From Octopus sinensis (taxonomy: Eukaryota), in contig NW_021836293.1 of the NCBI RefSeq assembly GCF_006345805.1, positions 124,001-188,000 on the forward strand: a DNA stretch of 64,000 nucleotides, given 5' to 3'. This document shows positions 24,405 to 34,620 of this stretch, piece after piece (the first letter of the stretch is position 1; the number at the start of each line of letters is the position of its first letter). The translations under genes were made by a program, and so were the position numbers. The notes below the pieces were generated by a model. That model did no database searches. It saw only the letters and a list, made by a program, of their open reading frames with translations, and was not told the DNA's origin.

Positions 24405-24989
24405 TCTGTTATTTTAGTTAAAATACATATTTCTGTTCAGATCCTCTGTAGTAATAATTTACATAATATCTCTAATTAACAGAATTTTTTTGCAACGCTA
24501 AATGTTAGTTTAACGGTTAACATTTCGATTTTCAATGTTATAATACATATTTCTACTTATCAGTCCTAAAATTATTATTTACGTATTGATTTAAAGCTAC
24601 AGAATTCTTGTAACGATAAATTTGTAGTTAATTTTTAACATGGTTTTAGTATAATTTTAGTCTAGTATAATTTTAATCCCAAATTTGTAAATTATAAATT
24701 CTAAATTATAACTTTAATTTTTAGTCTAACGTCTAAAATTCCAGTTAACTGACAAAAATAAGATAAATAATGTTTTTACTTTTCATAAAAACCAGTAAAT
24801 TCTATCTGATTACTTATTTATCTGAATAAATTAACCACGGAAACTAATTTTTTTTCCTTCATATATATATATATATTTTCTATTTTTTCTTATTTTTAAT
24901 ATTTGAAATGTTTTTATAATTATCTCCCCTACACCGGGAATCTTAAATAGAGGATAGTATTTTCTTTAGAAATGGTATTCAATAATTAC

Positions 24990-25045
24990 GAATTATCTCT
25001 CCTACATTGTAAATCATATAAATAGAGGACAACTTCAGTAGCCAT
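24990..25045 (-). CDS. Candidate first coding exon (MATEVVLYLYDLQ...)
   Basis: ATG at 25045 in a strong AAG-ATG-G context inside the CpG patch. Possible donors after 25006 (gtagga) or 24990 (gtaatt); unspliced it stops after 19 aa. Confidence 0.25.
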
Positions 25046-25195
25046 CTTTAATTTGTGGAGTTAACTGGTGCTCATCAATAAGATAAGTCATGCTCCTACT
25101 TTACTTTAAGACTGTTAAATCTTATCAATTATTTATAAATGTATGGTGTAAGAATAACGTCTTCGTTTTATGTTGTGAATTTATTTAATGTTATT

Positions 25196-25306
25196 GAGAC
25201 CTGAAGAGTGGTTATGTATCGTTGGACTGAAGAAATATTAATTTTTGAGATTATTGATTTTGATATCGTAGATTTGTATACATAGTCACGAAATGTGCAT
25301 TATCGT
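25196..25306 (+). ncRNA. Hammerhead-like motif with extended stem II (stem I degenerate)
   Basis: CTGAAGA (25201-25207) then GTGGTTATGTAT pairing 12/12 (2 G-U) with ATACATAGTCAC, followed immediately by GAA-ATGTGCAT-T. Confidence 0.55.
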
Positions 25307-25621
25307 TTTAATGTACATTTTTTAATGTGTATTATTTAGTATAGAAATTTTTAGTACAATATTAATAATAATGTAGTTTTAATGTTTATTTCTTTAATGT
25401 GTATTAATCAGAATAGAAATTTTTAGTAGAATGTTAATAATAATACATTTAAATTTACATTTTATTATAGATAATATCTTTCATTATTAATTGAATTTCT
25501 TAATGGAGGTTCTGTCTCTTAATTCTATATATATTTAATATATTGTGAAATTTGATTTAATATTATTAAATTGAGTTTGTTTTCCCCTGTTGCCTTGGAA
25601 TTTTATATACCCTACTATTAA

Positions 25622-25675
<54 letters not shown>

Positions 25676-26289
25676 TATACATACATGCATGTATATATAC
25701 ATATACAGATATACATGAAATACATATATAAATGTATATATGTGTTTCTTTCTCTTTTCTCCCACTCTTCTTCACTTTCCCTCTCTCTCTGAAGGATTTT
25801 ATACAAACTAACACTAAATGTAGAAGCACTATGATGGTTAGGTATATCTGAGACAAGCCTGATTCATATAGTGTATATCAGAAAATAATTCATGAAAAAC
25901 AGCACAAGTAAACAGTAAGAGCAGCATTCAAAGTTTTTCTGAAAGATGACTGCACTTGTATTATCATTTGATGGATATGGACAAGGGATGACAAATAACA
26001 AAAGTAGTATGTACTCTCATTAGAAGATATCTGTGGAAGGGAGAGAATGAAAAAAAACATAAAATGAAATAGTGAAATTTTAGAAAAGCTGACAACATAT
26101 GGAAACAGTTGACAATAGGTTGTATGGCTGATACTTGCAATCCATGCCAGTGTGGCAAAAATGCATGTTAGGATGTTAAGAAGAAGGTATAATATTTGAT
26201 TATTGTCATAATCATATTTGTCTGACAGTTAGCTGAGTGAAGCATATTACTTTAAATTAGATCTAATATTCTCTTAAATATTATATTTT

Positions 26290-26560
26290 GTTAGTGCATG
26301 CTAAATTAAACAGCAGGTATTTTCTCTTGAGGTTTGGTGACAACAAATCTCAAATCTCAAGAATCTTCCTTAGTACTCTTGCAGAATATATGATGTTACT
26401 TTCCTGCAGATCGACAATGTGTGTTTCAATTCCAATCTCTTTCAGTCTTTTAGGTGGTATTTTAGGTGTTGTACCAAGTTCACCAATTATAGGAATAATT
26501 GTTGTCTTGGTCTTCCACAGTCTCTTCAGCTCTCTGGCTAGATCCTGATATTTCTCTGTT
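26290..26560 (-). mobile_element. R4/Dong-like LINE C-terminal RLE fragment
   Basis: EKYQDLARELKRLWKTKTTIIPIIIGELGTTPK...LQES-IIYSARVLRKIL. Confidence 0.85.
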
Positions 26561-27049
26561 TTTTCAATCTTTTAAGTATATACATTCTTTTCTGGTATCT
26601 ATTTTGATAAACTCACTTCTGTAATAGCATAACAGTTCTATTGTCATTTTGAGTCCATTTCATCCTAACTTTTGTAGCAATACTTGGATAATGATCAGGT
26701 CCTCCCTACTGTGCAACAGAGCATCTGTCATGTGAAAGACCTTCACTTGTTGCACTTATAAAGAGGGCTGTGTTGGTGACATGTCACAACCAGCAGTGTT
26801 TTTATCAAGACAGCATTTCTAGGGGTTGCCAGCCAAGGATAAAGGGACCCTCTTCACTCTTCGTAGATTTATTCCCATGAAGACATTCTTTGCCATGTTT
26901 GTTCTCAGGATATTTGTTATTATTATTACTGCTGTCCTGAGTGGTACCGGCTCTATCAGTAGTATTAATACAGAGGTGCTAATTGGGTGGCTGCTAACTT
27001 TATTATTATTACTGTTGTTGTTGTTTTTGTTGTTGTTGTTGTTGTTGTT

Positions 27050-27548
27050 GAGTGAGAGAGCACCACATGTCAACAAAGTTACACTGGAGTACAAATATAC
27101 AAAGCCCAATATATCCATCATGACTACCTGTCTGATAAGGGTACACCAGGCACAGGCATCACAACCACATATGCACAACATATCGATCACATATCAAGAT
27201 AAACAGCACATGGCCTCCAGGTAGGGCCCAGTTAGAATTTTCTTCAGGTCAAGTAAACCATCTCACTCAAAAGTTCCCTGAACAATGTTTAAATATGATG
27301 AATGAAACACACACGTTTCCAGAGGTGAATTATTCAAACATGAAAGAATTCCTCTCAACACATGGCTATGATGCCCCACCACTACTTCTGCTCATGATCA
27401 GAGATGCGCATGTCGTCAGCCACTCAGGGACATACTCAACTGGTTGAGGTCAAGCAAATCTGTGGTATTGAGCATAATATTTGCTGTAGCCCATATTCTT
27501 ATACCAAGACAAAACAGGTAGATGATAACACTTCTAATCAGTTAAGAT
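27050..27548 (+). mobile_element. Abundant interspersed repeat (unclassified) following (TTG)n
   Basis: GC-richer block after a (GTT)n run; recalled as a common Octopus repeat. Classification not verified. Confidence 0.55.
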
Positions 27549-27632
27549 CAAAATTCACAATAGTCACTGCCTGGTACTGCATCAGGTCATTTATTATTAT
27601 AATTGTTATTATGATTATTATTATCATTATTA

Positions 27633-27814
27633 AGAAAGTGGTGAGCTGGCAGAATTGTTAGCGTGTCAGATAAAATACTAAGTGGTATTTCGTCTGCTGT
27701 TATGTTCTGAGTTCAAATTCCACTGAGGTTGACTTTGCCTTTCATCCTTTCAGGGTCAATATAATTAAGTATCCCTTCCCAGAAAATCCAGGTGTTGTGC
27801 CTATAGTAGAAAGG

Positions 27815-27850
<36 letters not shown>
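27633..27850 (+). mobile_element. tRNA-derived SINE, family 2, (ATT)n tail
   Basis: GAGCTGGCAGAATYGTTAGC...GTTCTGAGTTCAAATTCC head. Further copies at about 14520, 28390, 40960, 41190, 49290, 49500, 55625 and 62453. Confidence 0.85.
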
Positions 27851-27852
<2 letters not shown>

Positions 27853-28284
27853 GTTTTTTCCTTCTTTCTTCAAATTTTCTTCCGTTTCTCGCCGAGTGTT
27901 TTCCATACACCTAGGGCAGAGAAGGGCATTGTATGCATTCCCAGATTACACGTGCAAATTCACAGATAAAATATGTATTTAAAAATGAATAAATAAATAA
28001 ATTCATGGATGGATGTTATTTTCACAGCGATAGTGCTCTTCTCAGTACATGAGCCGTTCCAGTTAATACGATTTTTTGCACTTCCTGTAGGGATGGTAAG
28101 CCTGGAATCATTTTCAAATAGGTTTCAGTACCTTTTTTTATCATTCCTAGAGATCCTACAATCACTGGTACTGTAGTCGCCTTGAAATGCCACATTTTTT
28201 CAATTTCTATTGGCAGGTCTTTATATTTACTAATCTTGTCAAATTCTTTCGCCACTATATTGTGATCACAGGGTATTGTGATCA

Positions 28285-28285
<1 letters not shown>
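27853..28285 (-). mobile_element. 5'-truncated R4/Dong-like LINE between (TAA)n tracts
   Basis: TIPCDHNIVAKEFDKISKYKDL-IEIEKMW...PVIVGSLG...LQEVQKIVLTGTAHVLRRALS plus 3' UTR; (ATT)n on both sides. Confidence 0.88.
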
Positions 28286-28338
<53 letters not shown>

Positions 28339-28639
28339 CATTATTATTATTATTATTATTATCATTATTATTATTATCATTATTATTATTAAGTCAGCAA
28401 GCTGACGGAATTGTTAGTACAGCACCTTTTTTTCTGATTTTATGATCTGAGTTCAAATTCCACCAAGGTCGAGTTTGTCATTTTTCCTTTCCCAGTCAAT
28501 AAAGTACCTATCAAGTACTGGGATTAATGTTAAAAGTTACTCATCCCACTCATAATTACTGGCCTAATACCTAAATAAGAAACCATTTATTATTATTATT
28601 ATTATTATTATTTATATTTTACATAAATCTTACATTTAT

Positions 28640-30530
28640 GGTGTGCTTTCACTGCATTACTACATGGAAATCTGTATGACTTGTGTAAGTGCAATGTTTT
28701 GTTTTGGTGTTTTCTATTATTGAAAAGTGCTCTATGTAATACCTAGGGCTTTTTCTTTTATTTTTGCATGTTGTGTATACTGTATGTTGTGGGGTTTTGG
28801 CTCTGCATTTTCTATAATTATTCTCAAGGCAGAGATTATTACAGAGATTATAAAGATTATTCCTGTTTCTAATCTCCATATTCTGATTATCTCTACTTCT
28901 GGATCTTTATATTTCGATTATGTAACATGTATGGAGTGCTTTGTAGGGCTATTTAGCTTTATAATCTGCATATATTTTTAAGTCCTGGGATTTAGGTTAT
29001 GCATTTGTCAGCATGTTGTTCAATCATTTCCCAAACTACTATTATGAAAGATTTTGTTTTCAATCTCCACATTCTTATTATCTCTCTTTCCAGTTTTTTT
29101 TTTATTAAGTAATTTCTTTTAGAGTTCTATTTTCATTTGTTGGGACTGATGTTTCCTTTATGTGTCCCTTCTCTTCCTGGTAGTCTGTGAAAATAACTGG
29201 CAAATTAGTCTTGATCTCTCTATATTTATGGAAATCAGTAAGTATGGTTTACTTCATCATTCTCTGAATGGTGAGTTTTCATGCCATCTCTTTTCTGTTG
29301 GTATTTCATAATTCTGGCAAAAGTTTTATTGTATGAAAGCCTTCAACTCTGTCATACTTATATGTAGTTAAAAGCAATGCAGTTAATTGTTTCTTTCCAA
29401 CCATCACATATTCTCCAGTTACTAAATGTATTTCACTTCCTTATATACTTTTAGTAGTTTCTGGCAGGAAAGCTTTGATCTTAGATTCCAATCAAGAATC
29501 CTTCTGTAGTGACTTAAACAGCTCTTACCTTTCCTTCACTGTTTCTAACCCTCTCTGGTACTGTTTCAGGTGTTGGCCATGTAGTGGTTTTTCTTGCTGT
29601 CAATTTTGCTTAGCATTCAAAAATTACATTTTTATCTTTTTCACAATATCATAACACTGCAATAATTTCTTTTATATGAAAGGCTCCAATTCTACAATGC
29701 CTGTAGAGGTAACCAGAAACAATGTGGTTAATTGATTCTTCCAAACTTATTCTGCAGTTATTGTTACTTCTTTCTCCTCATAATTAATTGCTTCTGTTGT
29801 ATATTTGTGGATTCCTTTAAGACAGAAATATATTTTTGTTCATAGTTTGTTGTTATTTGTATTAATTCTCCAATGTTCTTTATGAGATATTTCCTGTCCT
29901 ACAGTGAGTGTTTTATAATTCTTCTCTAGTTCTGTAATTCTGCATTCATGGTTAATAGAATTTTCCTATGTCAGATTTTGGGTGGTGTATTCTGAATCCA
30001 ATAACTGTTTTTCTTGTTTTTCTTTCCAGTTTTGCTAATTCATTCAACACACTTTTGAGAACTATCATAACTATAATTCATTTCTATGACATCAAGAGTA
30101 CTGATGTTCATTATCATATTTTTTTCATTTAGCTCTCTCTTAAGCATCAATCTAATGCTTCTATGATTTTCCTTCCTCACCTTTTCTTTCATTTGTGTGT
30201 GATGTACTCTCTCCAGTTCATTGATTCCTAAGTATTTGTAAATCCGTGTTTGGCCTAATTCTCTTATCCCTCTCTTTCTTTATCTCACATGATAATAGTG
30301 TTCTTAATTATTTTTGTTCTCTTCAAGGTTGCCTTAACACATTTCTCTAATCCAAATCTCTTACCAGTTTCACTAGTATATCTGCATACTGTCTGTAGTA
30401 GCACTTCTAATTGTTTCTCATTTGCAGAATACTACTTGAGATAGTCCATAAACAAAAGATTCTTGATTGTCCATCCATAGCATTTGTATCTGAGTCTTGT
30501 CTGATTTAATATAACTGATTAAAGTTGGAA
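28640..30530 (-). mobile_element. Decayed R4/Dong-like LINE RT region
   Basis: Remnants of HLL(F/Y)MDD and FGLEKC-KATLKR; many stops and frameshifts. Confidence 0.7.
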
Positions 30531-30587
30531 CACCAAACAGAGAGGAATAAAGAAAGAGAATCTTCTTTGAATATTCTCTTTTAACAG

Positions 30588-30662
30588 AAATGGGTTAAGA
30601 TTTATAATTCCCTTATTTTGTACCTTCAAAATTGTTCATCCTTTACTCGTGACCTATTAAAT
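30588..30662 (+). CDS. Candidate 75-nt exon (KWVKIYNSLILYLQNCSSFTRDLLN)
   Basis: Acceptor tattctcttttaacag, donor gtatca, open frame. Confidence 0.3.
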
Positions 30663-30770
30663 GTATCAGCTTATTATAGCTGCTACCTTACTCACAGCTG
30701 ATGCTTCCAGAATTCATGTCTGGGGGACATTTTCAGAAACCTTTAGACAGTAAATCCATTCCATACTCAG

Positions 30771-31150
30771 GTGCAGGCATAGCTATGTGGCAAGATGCTT
30801 GCTTCTCAACTACATGGTCCAGGTTCAGTCCCACTGTGTGGCACCTTGGTCAAGTATCTTCTACTATAGCCTCAGGCCAGCCAGAGCATTGTAAGTGGAT
30901 TTGAAAAGTGGAAACCGAAAGAAGCCTGTCATATATGTATGTATTTATGTGTGTGTATCTTTGTGTCAGTGTTTGTTCCTTTACCATCGCTTGAAAACTG
31001 GTGTTGGTGTGTTGACATCCCTGTAACTTAGTCGATTGGCAAAAGAACCCAATAGGATAAATCCTGGAGTCAATTTCTTCGACTAAAACCCTTCGAGACA
31101 GTGCTCCAGCATGGCTGCAGTCAAATGGCTGAAACAAGTAAATGAATAAA
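30771..31150 (+). mobile_element. SINE family 1 with 22-bp target-site duplication
   Basis: AGTAAATCCATTCCATACTCAG at 30749-30770 and 31151-31172. Confidence 0.93.
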
Positions 31151-31428
31151 AGTAAATCCATTCCATACTCAGACCTATCTTGCTTGTTTCACTGTCTTTT
31201 TTGGTCATGGCTTTTTTGTTAAATTGTTGATCTTTACATTCATAAGAGGCTTTTGCAACATCCCTTCTACTTCTTTGCAAACAAGTTTTTTTTTCCATAT
31301 GGTTATACTCTGTTATATTATTGCCATTGCTGTTTCATAAACTGCAGAGAAGCAGGTTATAAATGTATAGCATTTAGAGTGAGCTGCTTCTTTAGCCTTG
31401 GGGAATAAGATGTATTTTTTCCTCCCAG

Positions 31429-31493
31429 TGAATTGGTCAGATATTGCATCAAGCACATTTGGAATAATCCTATTAAACATATTCTTGCATTAG
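31429..31493 (+). CDS. Candidate 65-nt exon (ELVRYCIKHIWNNPIKHILAL)
   Basis: Acceptor gtattttttcctcccag, donor AG|gtatcc, one open frame. Confidence 0.35.
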
Positions 31494-32030
31494 GTATCCC
31501 TGCTAAACATATTAATCAGAACATTAGGATATTATCTTTTTATGGAACCTTCTGATGATGATGGTGTGGTGACAATACCAGTGACAACAGCAATGGTGGT
31601 GATGATGATGAGCTTGCTGGTATAATCTATAATTGCATTACATTTTCAAAAGCTGGATTTGTCATCCATGTTAGGTCACATATTGGGAGGCCAACATATG
31701 ATGCTTACATCCATGCTGTTCTGATAGCCTCAGTTAAATACTACTCTATTTATGGGCAAAGTTTGCACATCTACTGCTAGGTTGAGCATCTATTTTGGGA
31801 TGAATGCACAAGAACAGAGCTGCAGTTGATGTGATTATTAACAAAATACGTAGCTACATTTGTCCCCAAAATTCTAAACAAAATCACCGTTAGATAATCA
31901 CCTGAGGACCTATAGCAGAAATACTGTCAGACAATGTTACAGTCATAGGACTGCAATAAAAACGTGGTCATAATTGAAATCTAGTTGATTACCAATATCT
32001 CTCTCTATATATATATGTGTGTGTGTGTGT

Positions 32031-32926
32031 ATGTCGTCTGATCAATAAGTATCCTGATTGTTGCCATATTAATGAAACTAAAGCATGCAGAGTGAAGCTG
32101 TTAGGCACAGATTTACATTAAACTTGTCTGTGCATACACACTAAGTTTTAACATTCTAGCTCACTTCCACTATTTACAGCAGTGCTTGGAAGGAAGGCAT
32201 ATAGCATGTGATTGTTGCATTCACCATGACAGAGAAAGTTGAGCAGAGAGTCTCCATCAAATTTTGTCAAAAGCTTGGCAATACCTGCTCAGAGGCCTAC
32301 ACAAAGTTTTCAAAAGTTTTTTCATCATTCTCAACACAATGAAGGAGATCTTGTGCAACTGAAAACTGAGTGTCTTCTTTGTCAACTGAAAGCAGTTCTG
32401 GCACAAACTTTGCAGACACGTGTCTCATACCCAAATCTTCAGTGATAATGGTCTGAACTGAACCGTAACTAATTTCCACATCCATCCTCTGATAACTCAC
32501 AAATGATTATTCAAAGATTTCCCTTCACAGCTGCACCGACATCTATGATGTTTTACTGAGTTCTGCCTGTTGCAGGTCTCTCAGAACTTTTGTCAGTATT
32601 TTTCAGCCAACTTGGAAACGTTTGAACCAGTTGTTCATTTGTGTGTAGCTCATACACTCAACTCCATACACTTTCTGTTACTTTGCGTAGGCCTCTGAGC
32701 AGGTATCGCCGTAACAACTTTCTCTGTCATGGTCAATGCGATGATCACACACTACACACCTTTCTACCAAGCACTGTTGTAAACAGTAGAGGTGAGATAG
32801 AATGTTAAAACTTAGTGTGTATGCACAGCAGAGTTCAATGAAAATTTTTGCCAAACAGGTTCACTCTACATGCTTTAGCTTTGTTACTATGGCAACTGTC
32901 CGGATACTTATTGATCAGACTTTGTG
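32031..32926. mobile_element. Non-autonomous mariner derivative built from two inverted 5' ends
   Basis: TIRs TCTGATCAATAAGTATCC / GGATACTTATTGATCAGA. Left and right arms both carry the 5' UTR and MTEKVEQR-start region; the middle has TEDLGMRHVSAKFVP on minus. Confidence 0.85.
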
Positions 32927-33129
32927 TGTGTGTATATATATATATATTTCGTTTTTGGATTTGGCTTGCAAGATTCTTTATGTGAGTTCGTGTGTTGAAG
33001 CATATTCTGTTGTGTCTGGGGAGAGTCATTCTCTTTTGGTGCCTTATAATTTAGCACACTCAGGGGTAAAATTTCCATTTATTTTTTTTTTATTTTTCTA
33101 AAATTTTCATTGCGTCTTGCAAACTTTTC

Positions 33130-33790
33130 AATAGTTTTAAAAAGGCTACTGGTGGATAGTGTCCTCTATCCACTCGAGTTCTATCCCATGTGACAACCCA
33201 CAGACCCAATCTCTTGTCAACTTCCTACAATACGCCAAAAGAAACAAAATCTCTTTGCCCTCTAAGGGCTGGCTTGCAAATTTGCAAGTCTCTTCAGGGG
33301 TGTCAAATAGCAACTAAACCATTACATATTTGATCCCCTTGGAAATGAATTTAATAGTTGGCAAATACTCTGCCAACTCTTTCTCAATTTGAGTCTTTTG
33401 AAAGAGCACGATGGTGTCAAGCAACTTTGAGTAAGTCCTCAACACCACCACCGTCTCTTCATCCACTGTTTGGATAGGACAATCTCCCACTAATCTTCTT
33501 GGTAAGGGCACAAAACAGTCACACAAAAATGGTAAAAAATAAGCACAATTATAGGAGGAAAGATATTCCCCCAAAACACACTTCTCACCACTAAGTGAGA
33601 CTTCTAAACACAACTACAGGCAGACAAATGCACAGAACCCAGTGGAGGTGTCTTGTTCGACAAAATAATTAAACACAAGTAACAAACCCCTACTGAATCC
33701 CCTCCCCCCAAATGTCTTACCTGGTAGTTGTGTTTCACTTGTTCAATAATTCACGACGTTGGTAGACAGTGCAAAGAAAACACTGACAAC
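33130..33790 (-). mobile_element. Tx1/L1-like LINE 5' region (ORF1 remnant)
   Basis: TVVVLRTYSKLLDTI...EKELAEYLPTIKFISKG resembles, from memory, ORF1 of Octopus L1/Tx1-like elements; CpG-rich 5' leader. Confidence 0.45.
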
Positions 33791-33799
33791 GACACATGC

Positions 33800-34620
33800 G
33801 CAGAAGCCTATAGAGACTTCATGGCAACCAGAAGTTGCCTGCTAGTTCCAAACACCTGCAAAAGCCTCCACAGCATGTCCAGTGTCATGCAGTTTTATGC
33901 CTTTTCAAGGCCTACAAAGTAAGCATATGCCTCTTGGTAACATTCCCACAATTTGTTGAAGTCCTGAAGTGAATATCTGACTGGTTGTGCTGCATCCAAC
34001 ACAAAAGTCTCACAGTTCTTGAGCTAGGTTGGACTCAACAATTTTTCTACATTTCTTTTCCAGACAGCTAACATAGACTTTGCTGGAGAGGCTCAACAAG
34101 AAGATTCTTCTATAAATAGAGAACTCTCTCTTCTCTCTCTTTTTTAAACAATACGGATTATTATCCCTAATCGCCATTGCTTTGGTGTCTTTCTAGATGT
34201 CCAAGTCACCCAGCATACATGAGTCAACTAGAGAATACCTTCTATGCATAAGGTTTTTAACATCTCAGGCTGAATTTCATCCTGCCCAGCAGCCTTTCCA
34301 CATTTGAGCACTTTAAGTGATTCTGCGACATCAGCCTCTGCAAGGTTTGTCTTCAACCCTGGATGCACTCTGTGTCCACCAGAAAGATTTTATCATGACA
34401 GATTTAGGAGATCAGCAAAATATCCTCTTCACCTCCCTAGAATGCTCTTCTCTACAGAGAGAAGAACCCTAGCTGAGTTCATAATGGTAGATGTGGAAGA
34501 GGGTTTCTTGCTACAAAATCAGTTGATAGTCTGTTGGAATACTTTATTAGCCAATCTAAAGTCCAAGTCCAGCTTAACTCAAAGTCTTACTATGACTCCT
34601 CTACCTGAGATCTAAATGCA
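33800..34620 (-). mobile_element. Decayed RTE-clade RT fragment (second family)
   Basis: LKCGKAAGQDEIQPEML, YRRIFLLSL-SKVY-SCLEKKCRKIVE and F-VGCSTTSQIFT (RT domains 0-2). Confidence 0.8.

Larger units (their letters stand above)
24490..25310. promoter_or_regulatory. CpG-retaining patch, putative (bidirectional) promoter region
   Basis: 15 CpGs counted in about 820 bp versus none seen in 23900-24480 or 25320-26400. A minus-strand AAAGATGGCT start context lies at 25045. Confidence 0.4.

Noticed and set aside
25003-25045. Resemblance of MATEVVLYLYDL to the DeSI/PPPDE N-terminus (VKLYVYDL)
   Set aside because: No downstream HTS/GVFH or NCN motif exons found; the similarity is only 6-7 residues, so no gene symbol was assigned.
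28258-28286. TATTGTGATCACA repeated at the Dong 5' junction
   Set aside because: May simply reflect the native codons (ITIPCDHNI); cannot be called a junction duplication without the consensus.
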